From Porphyridium purpureum (Eukaryota): a stretch of DNA of 64,000 nucleotides. The notes under the pieces are model-generated. The model made no database searches. It saw only the letters and a program-made list of their open reading frames with translations, and was not told the DNA's origin. Position numbers and translations under genes: made by a program. Positions within the stretch are counted from its first letter, which is position 1. The number at the start of each line of letters is the position of its first letter. The stretch is taken from NCBI GenBank assembly GCA_008690995.1, contig VRMN01000003.1, positions 1,922,001 through 1,986,000 of the forward strand, written 5' to 3'. Below are positions 1 to 10,785 of this stretch, piece after piece.

Positions 1-217
1 GAAGGCCATTGCGAAGGTGACGATGCCCTTGTCACCGTCGAAGTCTCAGAAAAAAATGGGTGCGAGGAAGCTGATTCATAGTAGACTAGTAGCTGTGGGC
101 TCGACTCGCCCTTTTCCACTCACAGGAGGATTTTGGAATGATTGTGAAACGTGGGCACGAGGTTTCCGGGAACATCTGGTTTTATGAATTGCAAACTTGG
201 CGAGACGGTATCTCGCT

Positions 218-772
218 TCACATGGCAAAGCTCTGACCGCAGCCGCAGTTTTGAGTGGCATTCGGCTGGGTGAACTTGAACCCGCCGCCAATGAGCGCGT
301 CCGAATAGTCCAACTTCATTCCAAACAAGTACAAGAGGCTTTTCGGGTCACACACGACACTGACCGCGCCATTCAGAAGCTTAACCATGGTATCATCTTT
401 GCTCACTTTCTCCTCGCTCTCGAAATCCATCACGAAGCTCATGCCCGAGCACCCACCCGACCGCACGCCCACGCGCAGCACTTTGGCCTCGGGAGTCGAG
501 CTCAGCAGCTTACCGAGCTGCTGCAGAGCCGCGTCTGTGACAGTAATAAACGACTCGTCCTCCTTCCCGTGCAGAGACTGCTCTTGCAAACCCGCGGCAG
601 CCGCCTGCGACCCAGTCTCGATCTCCGCCGCGAGGCGTTGCACAACGCCTCGCCCGCCCCTCGCGTTCCTCGTCCTCCCGGCCAGCGGCGCTCGCTGAGC
701 ACACATGCGCTCTGAGCCGCGAGACGCGGGAACCAGGGCGACGCCAGGGAGCACGTTCACAAACCCCACCAT
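218..772 (-). CDS. Fe-S cluster assembly A-type carrier (IscA/SufA), probably plastid-targeted
   Basis: VRSGGCSGMSF, LDYSDALIGGGFKF and C-terminal NCGCGQSF motifs; N-terminal transit-peptide-like region starting MVGFV at ATG 772. Confidence 0.92.
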   Translation of the reverse strand: MVGFVNVLPGVALVPASRGSERMCAQRAPLAGRTRNARGGRGVVQRLAAEIETGSQAAAAGLQEQSLHGKEDESFITVTDAALQQLGKLLSSTPEAKVLRVGVRSGGCSGMSFVMDFESEEKVSKDDTMVKLLNGAVSVVCDPKSLLYLFGMKLDYSDALIGGGFKFTQPNATQNCGCGQSFAM

Positions 773-921
773 CTTTTCTTTGTTCTTGCTCCTTCGACTC
801 CTTCTCTTGCCACTCTTTCCACGCATCGCCTCTTTCGATAAAGTTGCGGGACGCGACGCACTTTAGGCGGTTGACTGGCAGGCTGGCTTGGCTGCTGATC
901 CCGAACGAGGAATCGTTCAAG

Positions 922-1851
922 ATGGCATTTTGTGTGTCTGGCCTCGGGTTCTCTGGTCAACTAGTAGCTCTGCCTTCTCAGAGAGCACGGCAGACTCGGT
1001 CGCGTGCGCCGATTTGCGCGACTCGGGATCCTGACAGCAACAGCTGCCGGAAGGAGAAGAATCAGAATGAGCAGGATATAGAGATGGCCCCGTCGATGTC
1101 CCGGCGGCGCGCGATGCTGACCTTCGGCGCACTGACAGGAATGATGATTGGAGGCTGGACACTGCAGTCGGTAGAACAGCAAGGTCTCGTGGGGCGGGTG
1201 GGTGCAAAGGAATTGCCAGTCGCCCCGAAAGACGGGCTGGAGACGGCTGTTTTTGCCGGCGGCTGCTTTTGGTGCATGGAGAAGCCCTTTGATGTGCTTC
1301 CGGGTGTGGTGTCCACCACGTCTGGGTACTCGGGAGGGCGCGAAATGGACCCGTCGTATGAGCTCGTCTCGATGGGCCGCACAAACCATGCCGAATGTGT
1401 GGCCGTGCGCTATGACCCGAAGCAGGTCAGCTATGAGACATTGTTGGACGTCTTTTGGCACAATGTTAATCCAACCACAAGGGATCGGCAATTTTGTGAT
1501 CGAGGCCATCAGTACCGCACTGCGATATTCTACACCACGGACGCGCAAAAGGTCGCGGCACTCCGCTCACGTGACGAGCTAGCGCGAAACCAGACATTTG
1601 GGAAGGTGCCGATTGTGACAGAAATTGCGGCCGCAGGTGAGTTCTGGGAGGCTGAGGAATACCATCAGGACTATTATCGCAAGCAGCCGCAGCTGTACGC
1701 GTTCTACCGATTTAATTGTGGTCGTGATCAATGGCTAGAGCGACAGTGGGCCGAGAAGGGCACCGATGAGAAAGTGGACCAAGGGCGCTCCACGTTCAAT
1801 GTGTGGGACATACCAAGCGCGATTTGGCAACGCATTAATCGACCGTTCTGA
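922..1851 (+). CDS. msrA: Peptide methionine sulfoxide reductase MsrA with bipartite targeting sequence
   Basis: FAGGCFWCME active site, GYSGG, AEEYHQDYY; MAFCVS start, then SRRRAML plus a hydrophobic stretch. Confidence 0.93.
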   Translation: MAFCVSGLGFSGQLVALPSQRARQTRSRAPICATRDPDSNSCRKEKNQNEQDIEMAPSMSRRRAMLTFGALTGMMIGGWTLQSVEQQGLVGRVGAKELPVAPKDGLETAVFAGGCFWCMEKPFDVLPGVVSTTSGYSGGREMDPSYELVSMGRTNHAECVAVRYDPKQVSYETLLDVFWHNVNPTTRDRQFCDRGHQYRTAIFYTTDAQKVAALRSRDELARNQTFGKVPIVTEIAAAGEFWEAEEYHQDYYRKQPQLYAFYRFNCGRDQWLERQWAEKGTDEKVDQGRSTFNVWDIPSAIWQRINRPF

Positions 1852-1907
1852 ACGTACTAGGCAGAGGAATGCGTGGTTAGCGCGTATTCATTTATAATAC
1901 CTTCGAT

Positions 1908-2519
1908 TTAGCATAGAACACAGCCCCCGTCCTCCTTCCTCTTAGTGTTCTGCTCCTTGAAAGACTGTGGATCCATCACTCGAATGAGTGTAACAAAAGC
2001 CTCCGTCACATTTTCGCCACTCATTGCGCTGCACTCAACAAAAGGGCAGCCAATTTCGCGCGCATAGCTCTCGCCTTCCGCGTAACTGACCTCTCTCTCG
2101 GTCTCGATCGAGTCACTCTGGTTGCCCACGAGCACGCGCGGAATGGACGACGCGCCCAGCGTAACGAGCAACTTGTCGTTGATTGTCTTTAACAGCTCGA
2201 ACGACGTCCTGTCACGCACGGAGAATACGAGGAAGAAACCATGCACGCCAATGGTCAGCTGCGTGCCAAAAATCGAGTACTCGTCCTGGCCGGCAGTGTC
2301 CAGCACCTCGCAGATGTACTGCTGATTGTTAATCCGGATGGTTGCCTGGTACGAATCCTCAATGGTTGGCAGGTACATGTCGTCGAACGTGTTTTCGCAG
2401 AAGCGCGTCGACATGCTAGTTTTACCCACACCGCGGGCGCCAAGCACCGCAATCCTCCGCATTTTACCCTCAGACAGGCCTTGGGACGTCGCGCTTCGCG
2501 TCAAATTCGAGTCACCCAT
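1908..2519 (-). CDS. RHEB: Rheb-like Ras-family small GTPase
   Basis: G1 GARGVGKT (Arg at the Rheb-typical position), YLPTIED effector loop, DTAGQDEYS, C-terminal CAAX-like CVLC. Confidence 0.85.
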   Translation of the reverse strand: MGDSNLTRSATSQGLSEGKMRRIAVLGARGVGKTSMSTRFCENTFDDMYLPTIEDSYQATIRINNQQYICEVLDTAGQDEYSIFGTQLTIGVHGFFLVFSVRDRTSFELLKTINDKLLVTLGASSIPRVLVGNQSDSIETEREVSYAEGESYAREIGCPFVECSAMSGENVTEAFVTLIRVMDPQSFKEQNTKRKEDGGCVLC

Positions 2520-3427
2520 CTCACCTTTAAAGAATGATGACTGAATCGAACCCCATACGTTCCCTCACCAACGCAGAGATGAGCTCCTCTCCTAAAGTGA
2601 TCAGGCAGTCGCTCGCCTCAACCCGATCCCTCCAGTCGCAAAAATGCCAGGCAACCCCAGTTTGCCACAATCCGCGTGCCCAGAGCAAACGAACGAGGCC
2701 GCAGCTTCTTCGCGATAATTACGCCGCCTCCACCAGCCTCTTTCTCTGATCCGTTCTCAAGGATCACCTATCCACCCAATCCGTCCAGCCCACACTTCCT
2801 CGGTCCCTACGGATGTGTTTGTAAGTTTATCATACGTGTTGTAGTGGAAGAGGAGGAAGTGTCGCGAGAAATGCTTTGAACTGGCTTCCACTTGCGCTTG
2901 GCCCTTTTTGGGAATGTCCGAACAGTGCCAGAATATAACTTGTACAACGGAAGCGGTGCCGTCACAAACGGGAACGTGGGATAGCTCGCCAAAGGCAACT
3001 TCCAGAGCTCACAGCTCCGTATCTGGATCACAAACCACAGGACGTGTAGTTTCACTGCACTCGTCAAGACCTCCTCCTGGACATCGCCCCAGAGGGAAGG
3101 CCTCAGGAATGAGGGATGGACATGCATTTTGGTGTGCACACTGAAAGCCGTGCTGCATGCGGGCTCGCAGGGATAAGGCAAGCGTCGCCGCAGCAGGCAA
3201 TGGAAGCCTAGCGTTGGACACTCACGGTGCTGGGCGGACATTCTGCAGCACTCCATTGTGCTATGGCTCCGTGCATGTGCATATGTGTTTTTGTGTATGC
3301 AAAACGACATTGACGAGGTGCGGTGCATTTGCGTGCTTGGCAAACGCGGCATAACTGCGCGGGCCGCCTAACTGCTACGAGGAGGCAGCATGCATGCCAT
3401 GCCTCACTTCACTGATCAAGTTTGCGC

Positions 3428-6400
3428 TTAAAGCGTGCCGAAATCCAGTGATGGGTCATCGAGCATCGCAAGCGCGCCTTCCATATCCAGCGGCTCTTCG
3501 ACCAGAGCTAGTGAAGGCGCCGTCCTGCTTGTGGGCGTCCCGCCGCCGACTCCGAGTCCTGCACCGGCTGTTTTTGCAGAGGAGAGGCTTTCCGATGAAA
3601 ACAAAGCACCTGCAGAAGCTCTATGGCCCCCAGCTGCGACTGGTGCGCCCCGCGGCACTTGCTGCGATTGCGGCGGAGGCGCACCCGGCTGTGCTTTCAT
3701 CGGCTGCTGCGGTGGCAGGTGTTGAGCGTTGCTGGTTCGCGAAGCCTGCGCAGGGAGAGCTCCAGCCCCCGACACTGACCCTGCGGGCCCACTAACGCCG
3801 CCTCGCTTTCCCCCTCGCGTACCCACGCTCCCGCCTCGTGCGCCTCTCTGCGAGTTCGCGGCGCCTCGTGCCGTTCCTCCCGCAGACCCAGCATTCGGCA
3901 CGCCACCAGCTCCTGTAGACATACCAACATGCTGCTCTTGGACCGAAATGCCGCTAGGTCCGCGACCTGGCGTCGTACGAGGCGGCTGAGCCGACACAAC
4001 GACTCCGCCAGGACCTGACACAACCCCTCGAACCGCACCTTTGGCGATTGAATTTTGATTTTGCTGCTGAAGATGCAACTGGCGCTGAACTGCCGCGACC
4101 GACGTGGGACTGGTATTCTGCCCTGGACTACCCGCGCCTGAAAGCTGCGGCTGATTTACGACCGGACCAGGAGTGGCAAAATGGTTCGGCGATCCGACTC
4201 CACTGGCGCTTCCTGTGCGCGCGGCCAAAGGCGGCGACATCTGCGGACTACCCGAGGCGTGAGCATGTGCGCCGAGCCCACTTGCACTTTGTTGTGCGGC
4301 GCGTTGCACTGCCACGCGCTGCGCGGCAAAGTTTCGCTGTGCCTCGTTTACCACGTTGGTTTCAAGCTCGCGCATGGTCGCTGCCTGTTGCTGGTTCTGA
4401 TTTTGGCTTTGAGACTGCGATGGGTTTCGCACAGGGTCAGCACTCATATTCGAACCACCCCCACTGGCGCTCATCTGCTGCTGCTTTTGTGCCTGCATCT
4501 GCTGTTGCTTTGTCATAGCAGGCGGTCGTACTTGCTGCGATTGCTGCAGCGATTGTGTTCCAGCGGCCGTGTCGCTCCCAAGCCGAGCATTTAGTGCCAT
4601 TGTGTCACGCACGGACAATCCACCTCCTGCCGCATTCGCCTGTTGCTGCTGTTGTTGGAGCTGGAAGCGTTGTAGCTGTTGCTGTTGCTGCTGTTGCTGC
4701 TGCTGCTGCTGATGTTGTTGATGTGCAGCAGAAGAAGCTGCTACTGCCGCCGACGCCGCCGCCGCGGCGGCGGCGGCGGCGGCGGCAGCCTGTTGCTTTT
4801 TGCTGCGCGCAGCATTTGTGCCCTTCGCTCCTGCCACAGCATTGTTGGCGGTTCGATTTGCGGCCAAATTTGCCTTCTTTGATTGTGCGCCGCCGCCAAT
4901 ACCACCAGTGCCGCCGGAGTCCTGCGTCACAATTGACGCTCCAGAGTTGGTTCGTTTAAGGTCGTCTGCGGCTCCGCGCTTGGATCCTGCAAGCGACCCG
5001 CCGGCACGACCTGACACCATCTGGGCTGAGGCACCGCCATTCGCGTGCTGCGCTCCAGTTGTTTTTCCTGGGCTAACAAGCATTCGTCCGGGTCCCAGGT
5101 CTCCAACTCCTGGCATGGCCTGTTGCTGCTGCACAGCGATAGAATCAGCGCCGCCCTTTTGAACCATGATGCCACCTCGCGCCGCCGGGTCAAGCGCCGC
5201 GTTGGTGCCGCCATCCAAGATCGCACGAAAGTCGCCCACATCAGACAGAAATGAGCCCGCGGCAGCGTGAAACCCTTGGCCATGAAACATTGGCACACGC
5301 GTGCTCGGGGGGCCCGGCGCCATGTACCGAAGCTGAGTGTTGTTCAGCATCTTCCAATTTTTCTTGCGCATGAGCAGCAGCGATACGGCGAGCGAAGTGG
5401 ACTTGGCAGCTTGCTGCAACTGCTGCGATACCGCAGTCGTGCTGGAAGTAGGGCCGTGCGTCGCCTGCACCATGGAATCTTGCGGGGTCAGCAGAAGGTG
5501 GCGCGGAAGCTTGTATGACACGAGCTTGGCGTCCCGCGCCTGGATAACGCGCGGCGCTGGCAGCGGTGGAAGCGCAAATTGCATGATTCGGGTCCATTCA
5601 AAGTCATCACCCAGCCGATTCGCGAAGTTGACCATGTGGTCTTCTTCCTTCTCGTTCGAAAGCGACTTGCGCTTGCTGGCCGCGCTATCAAGGGCCGTAG
5701 GCACAGCCACACGCGTGCGAAAGTCGCGGCTCAAACTACGCGGCACCGGTGGCCGTGCGAGTGCAGTGACCACTTCAAACATCGCCTGCGACGAACCAGC
5801 TAGAGCTGGCGCTCTCGGCGGCAGTGGACTGGGCGACGTCGCAACCGGTGCCACATTGCGTTCGGGCGCGCTAGAGCCAGCGGGAAAGGGGCCAGAAGGA
5901 GCCGCCGCTGTGCCGGCGGCGAACAGCGCGCTGGATGGCGAACCGGCAATGTTCACGCTTGCAGCCGTGAGCGGCAACACAGACAACTGCGATTCTCTTA
6001 GCTTGCGTAAATTTTCTGCGTCCCGCTCGTCTCCTGCGAAGAATCGATTTCTTCTCTGAAACCGGATGCGCAATAATCGCGGCCGACTCGCATGGGCTTT
6101 CGAACGCGCCACGGAATTAAGACCGGGTGACCCTGATATACCGTTCACGCGATGCGTGTCCAACGCGCACTGCTGCTGTTGCTGCAGCGTCTGTTGCTTG
6201 TGCTGCTGCTTTCGCTGCAATTCGTCTAGCTCTCGCTGCATGGCTTTGGCATGTGCCTCGCGCACGTCGTTGCGCTCGGCCTCGGGGATCTTGCTGCAGC
6301 CCACCACGTGCTCCAGAAAGCGCGTCATCAGCACGGGCCTGGCACACGCTCGGCAACGAATCAGGTGCCGCTGCACATCGCGTGTCGTAGTCATGGCATT

Positions 6401-6589
6401 ATCAAAAACGTCTGCCATATTCATCCAGTCGTACTCACCAGCGTCAACATGGGCATCTTGAGCTTCTGCTCCCTCCCCGTGCAATGCGCGCCCTAGCAAG
6501 CCCATGCCTAGCTGAGCGGACACGAGCTCCCATGGCGTACCCGGCAGCAGTGCGTCGGACCGCAGAATCTGCGCCCACGCGTGAGCCAT
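3428..6589 (-). CDS. Large low-complexity polyQ/polyA protein with N-terminal C2HC zinc finger (Sgf73/ataxin-7- or Sgf11-like)
   Basis: 1053-aa ORF; CRACARPVLMTRFLEHVVGC finger; remainder Q/A/G/P-rich. Confidence 0.55.
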   Translation of the reverse strand: MAHAWAQILRSDALLPGTPWELVSAQLGMGLLGRALHGEGAEAQDAHVDAGEYDWMNMADVFDNAMTTTRDVQRHLIRCRACARPVLMTRFLEHVVGCSKIPEAERNDVREAHAKAMQRELDELQRKQQHKQQTLQQQQQCALDTHRVNGISGSPGLNSVARSKAHASRPRLLRIRFQRRNRFFAGDERDAENLRKLRESQLSVLPLTAASVNIAGSPSSALFAAGTAAAPSGPFPAGSSAPERNVAPVATSPSPLPPRAPALAGSSQAMFEVVTALARPPVPRSLSRDFRTRVAVPTALDSAASKRKSLSNEKEEDHMVNFANRLGDDFEWTRIMQFALPPLPAPRVIQARDAKLVSYKLPRHLLLTPQDSMVQATHGPTSSTTAVSQQLQQAAKSTSLAVSLLLMRKKNWKMLNNTQLRYMAPGPPSTRVPMFHGQGFHAAAGSFLSDVGDFRAILDGGTNAALDPAARGGIMVQKGGADSIAVQQQQAMPGVGDLGPGRMLVSPGKTTGAQHANGGASAQMVSGRAGGSLAGSKRGAADDLKRTNSGASIVTQDSGGTGGIGGGAQSKKANLAANRTANNAVAGAKGTNAARSKKQQAAAAAAAAAAAASAAVAASSAAHQQHQQQQQQQQQQQQLQRFQLQQQQQQANAAGGGLSVRDTMALNARLGSDTAAGTQSLQQSQQVRPPAMTKQQQMQAQKQQQMSASGGGSNMSADPVRNPSQSQSQNQNQQQAATMRELETNVVNEAQRNFAAQRVAVQRAAQQSASGLGAHAHASGSPQMSPPLAARTGSASGVGSPNHFATPGPVVNQPQLSGAGSPGQNTSPTSVAAVQRQLHLQQQNQNSIAKGAVRGVVSGPGGVVVSAQPPRTTPGRGPSGISVQEQHVGMSTGAGGVPNAGSAGGTARGAANSQRGARGGSVGTRGGKRGGVSGPAGSVSGAGALPAQASRTSNAQHLPPQQPMKAQPGAPPPQSQQVPRGAPVAAGGHRASAGALFSSESLSSAKTAGAGLGVGGGTPTSRTAPSLALVEEPLDMEGALAMLDDPSLDFGTL
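4640..4790. repeat. Coding trinucleotide repeats (CAG/CAA and GCC tracts)
   Basis: (TGC/TGT)n and (GGC)n on the + strand encode the polyQ and polyA of the 3428-6589 ORF. Confidence 0.8.
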
Positions 6590-7278
6590 ACCAGGACCTC
6601 GATATCACCAAACCTCCACTCGCTCCCCCTCTTTGCTCCGCCGTTTGTCTTTTGGCTGTCTGCGCGCCAACTTGCGGTGTGTGCGCGACACGAGGTCGGA
6701 TGTGAACGACAGATACGACGCCATGGGTGCGTGAAGGTGTATGATGTGGATGTGAGGGCACGACGACGCGATCTCAGATCATGGCAGTCTTGGCATTGGC
6801 GTATGGGCTCGTCTCTGTACGAGACAAGGGCAGCGCTGCTGGTGTCGCAATGTCATGGAACATCTTCGGACAGGACCGACAAACAGCTGGTTATGCGTGC
6901 TGTCCAACATTTCGCGATCAGCTTTCCCGGCAGTGAGTAAGAGCAGAGGAAAAGAGCGACGGACCATTTTCCTGCTGACGCGAAAAACGGCTCAAAACAT
7001 TGACGAGTGTTGCAGTCGTGGAGCTGCGCGCAGGCCACAGTTGGACGTGTCGGTGGGTCATGGTAGAGTTCGTGGTTACCCAGACGACCGCGAGACAGAC
7101 TTTGTGGCATCAGAGCCTCAACAGTACAATAGCGAAGCAGTCTTGATTTAGTCGTCTTCCTACGTTTAAATATGAGGGACGCAATTGCGACGGCAATGCG
7201 CGTCTATACAATAACTTACGCACGCAACACAGAGTCCTTCCGGACGACCAGTCCCACTCGAGAGTAGAGCAGTGTTGC

Positions 7279-7806
7279 CTACATTTCTGGAACCATTTGC
7301 TCAGGTCGGCCGACTAGACTCCCTTGGTCGACGTGCTGTGCGCTCCAGCCACACGCCGGCGCGCCGGCGCTGCTCGCACCAATCAAGGCGAGCTTCTCTT
7401 TGAGCATTGCCTCGAATATTTCGACTTGGCCGGCGCACTTGTCCAACTCGTTCGGGTCCATAAGTACCATGTGGGAGTCGTCGCTGAAGCGGCCGACTAC
7501 GTTGGGGAACAAGTGTCCGCGCGTGGCGTTGTACAAGTCGACGTCCATTTCGTCGCGGTGAATGTTCTTCATCGGCACGCCGAGGCCCATCTTGAAATCC
7601 TGCCATTCCGGCTTTTCTCGGCGCGGGCCGTGCGTAATATCGCACGCGGCGCAATGCCCCTTTCCAAACCACTTCTTCACGAGGTAGGCAAGTTCACCGG
7701 CCACCGTGCCATCCGCATCATATATCACAAACACCTCTGTCAATGCCGGCAAGGCACCGGCGTCACTCATCATGTCCATGTCCGGCACCGCAGCAGCCGA
7801 CATCAT
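7279..7806 (-). CDS. Conserved hypothetical protein with HCxxCDITHG motif
   Basis: 175-aa ORF with GC-rich third codon positions; YDADGTVAGELAY...HCAACDITHG...KPEW resembles a bacterial uncharacterised family as I recall it. Confidence 0.7.
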   Translation of the reverse strand: MMSAAAVPDMDMMSDAGALPALTEVFVIYDADGTVAGELAYLVKKWFGKGHCAACDITHGPRREKPEWQDFKMGLGVPMKNIHRDEMDVDLYNATRGHLFPNVVGRFSDDSHMVLMDPNELDKCAGQVEIFEAMLKEKLALIGASSAGAPACGWSAQHVDQGSLVGRPEQMVPEM

Positions 7807-8664
7807 TCCGGAAACTACGTCCCGTATACTCCGCTCTGTATCTCTCTTGTCTCCCCTTGCTCACACCAACCCACGTGCCGTCCACACTCACCAACCTTGA
7901 TGCACAAATATCTCCTGCTCCGACGCGTCCTCCCTGCCCGACGTTGCTGTCTCCAACCCCCTCTTGCTGAGTTATATACCGCGCCTCTTCCCTTCCTGCG
8001 CGGCGCTTCTGCTCCAGCTGTCGCGACGTCTCATCGATCTTTTTACTTTTCCCTTTCCCCACAAGCGCCCAATCGTTTTCCACGCTTGCGGCTAGTAGTT
8101 TATCACAAAGCTCAGCCGTCACGCTCGTTGGGGTCAAAGAGATCGGCGCGCATGTGCATGTGGGCGGACCGCGCGTGCACACCCAAAGCCTGCAACGCGC
8201 GCCGTTTTGCTAGGAACCGGCGTGTGCGCCCGCGCTCACTCCTCCTGCTCGGCAATCTTTCCTTCTACTCTCTTAGCTCTCGTACAAGAATTAATGCGAA
8301 TCGCGTGCCGTCGGTAGTGCATGGGGTCATCAGACACCGGAAATCAGAATCCGCGGTGATTTCTCTATTAAAGTACACAACAGAGAATCTCTTCTTCCCA
8401 AAAAAAGCGGTGCTTTGTGTGTGCTGAGTCGGAACGGGAATTCCAGAAGCCGATCATATTTACTATGCTCACCGTGTAAGCTATTGGGTAGATAAGAACG
8501 ACCGAGAAACTCATTGTTTCATAGCAAACGGAATGTTTGCAGCCGATGTGTGTGGAAGGTGGGATTGAGGCCAAGCCGCGCGGTGTGAGTAAAAAGAGGT
8601 GATGTGTCCCGGGTGGTGTTGGTGCGCGTTGGCAGCGCGTGCGCGCAAGGAAGAGAAGATCTTT

Positions 8665-8698
8665 GGACGGATGGACGGACGGACGGACCGACAGACGG
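8665..8698. repeat. Degenerate (GGAC)n microsatellite
   Basis: ggacggatggacggacggacggaccgacagacgg. Confidence 0.7.
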
Positions 8699-9160
8699 GA
8701 GTCGTGGTGGTGGTCGGAAGCGAGTGGAATCCCTAAAAATTGGGAATGCAAACAAAAAGGTTACAGAATGGAAAAATATCTGCTTTGCGTGGTCGGTGGC
8801 CTGAAGCGCGGCATGGGCTTGTGGACGCTGTAAACGGTTTCGATCTCCGCCCACGAGTGGCGCACTCGGTAGATATGCCGGTGGTAATGGATTTGGTTAC
8901 GTGCGAGGAGGAAGGACGTGGTTGCAACTCGATGTGCAATGAATGGTCTAGACCGCCCTTTGCTTTCTCTAATATTTAAAACTGAAACTGCTGCGGCTGC
9001 TGCTTCAGAAAATATCCCTAGCCCCCAGCGCGCCGTGCCAACTTGTACACGTGCGCTCAATCCAACCGCCTAAAATGTGGTGTTGCACTCTCGTCTGCTC
9101 ACCGCCGGCCGCGGCCGCGCAGAGAACAAACCGGCCAGCACGCAAACTCCCGCGCAGGCC

Positions 9161-10486
9161 TCAAAACAGACCTTCCATGCTGTTCACAGATGCGCTGATG
9201 TCCATCAGCTCAGTGGTGATGTACGCCTGCCGCAGCTTGTTGCGCTCCAGGCTCAGATCATGCACCATGTCCGTGGCATTATCCTGTGCCTGCTTCATTG
9301 CCAAGAGGCGCGCCGACGTCTCGGAACTCAGCGTCTCGAGCAAGGCCAAGAACAAGGTGCTCGACAAGTACAGCGGGAGCATGGCCAGCAAAACATACGT
9401 GGGCGACTGCTCAAAGATCAGGCTCGGACGGTCAAGCGGCACTGCTGGAGCCAAGACCGTCCGCCCGCCGTGCGTCTGGAAGCGCTCGCGGGTCCCGAAG
9501 CCCTCAGGCTGCACCACGAGCTCCAGTAGCATTTTATCGGCTCCGTCCTCGATCCCCGTCGGCGTCAGTGGAAGCAGTGTGCGCGTGGTGGGCTGAAAAC
9601 TGACCAGCGACTTGAAATCCACGGAAACAAGCTCTACGCGGCTCACCTCTCGCGCCCCGATCGCCGCGCTGCACAGCTCGCCAAGTGCGGAGGCCACTGA
9701 GGCCGCATTTCGCAGCGTCATCTTGGACTCCACAAACACTTGCTCAATGCCCGCGTGGTGACGCGAAAAGTACCTTTCTGCTTTCGCGCCCACCAGTGCC
9801 ACTTTGACAGCTCCGCCGTCGTTCACAAGCAAGTCCAGTCGCTGCGCGGCAAACGCAAGCAGGCGCTTATTAAACGGTCCGCAAAGGCCGCGCGACCCAC
9901 CGACCACGATGAGCAACGTACTCGTGCGGCTCGCGTCGGCGCCGTCCGGCAAAGTCTTCCGTCTGAGCCGCTCCCTTGGCGTACCCAAAACCAGTTTCGG
10001 CGAATAGATGAGCGCCGGGTCGAGCACGCCGTCCAGCAGACGCAGGTCTTTTTCTGACCAATCACTGCTGGTCTGCACACGGTGAACCACAGTGCGCAGC
10101 GTCGCAATCAGCTGCACGTGGAAAGGCCGCGCGTCGAACGTAGCGTCCAGTGTGCGCTTGATTCGCGCCGCGCTCACCAGGCGCATTGCGCTGACAATTT
10201 TCTTTGCCGTCTTGGTCACGGTGATCCGCCGATTCAGATCGGCAGACGACGATGCGTTCATATGCAGCACCGCCGCAGATGACTTCGACGCAGAACGTCC
10301 GGTGACTGTTCCTCTTTCCAGGCTGCACCGCCCTTCACGCCGCCTTTGCGTCACGAATGCTGTCTCACAGGCGACAGCAACCCCCGAGCCGCTCGCAAAC
10401 GCCGCCTGCCTGTTCGCGCCACGCATGAGCGCGGTTGCCTCGAGCATCTCAGTGGGTAAGCCCAATGGTGGAGCAGCGCAGCTCAT
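9161..10486 (-). CDS. atpC: Divergent F1 ATP synthase gamma subunit, plastid/cyanobacterial type
   Basis: KKIVSAMRLVSAARI, RGLCGPFN, TLLPL insertion, SETSARLLAMKQAQDNA, RQAYITTEL; start codon uncertain. Confidence 0.8.
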   Translation of the reverse strand: MSCAAPPLGLPTEMLEATALMRGANRQAAFASGSGVAVACETAFVTQRRREGRCSLERGTVTGRSASKSSAAVLHMNASSSADLNRRITVTKTAKKIVSAMRLVSAARIKRTLDATFDARPFHVQLIATLRTVVHRVQTSSDWSEKDLRLLDGVLDPALIYSPKLVLGTPRERLRRKTLPDGADASRTSTLLIVVGGSRGLCGPFNKRLLAFAAQRLDLLVNDGGAVKVALVGAKAERYFSRHHAGIEQVFVESKMTLRNAASVASALGELCSAAIGAREVSRVELVSVDFKSLVSFQPTTRTLLPLTPTGIEDGADKMLLELVVQPEGFGTRERFQTHGGRTVLAPAVPLDRPSLIFEQSPTYVLLAMLPLYLSSTLFLALLETLSSETSARLLAMKQAQDNATDMVHDLSLERNKLRQAYITTELMDISASVNSMEGLF

Positions 10487-10785
10487 TACTTCGTCGGCAC
10501 TGGCAACAGAGACTTCACAACATCGACTCAATTATGTCCAGCAAGGCGCTGATCGAACCAAAAGGTCACCATTCGACGAAGTGCGGGAACGACGGATTTT
10601 GCGATGGAAGGAGGCAATTTACATGACAGGAAGAACGTGTCTTCTGGCCTCACAATATGTACGCGTCTCGCCGTGAACATGAGACGCACTGAGTAGGGAA
10701 CTCGCGCATGTCCTACGCGTTAGGCACTAGATTATTGAGAAGAAAGAACTGAATTGTTGGATGGTGTTGGACGCCACTGTTGCGA

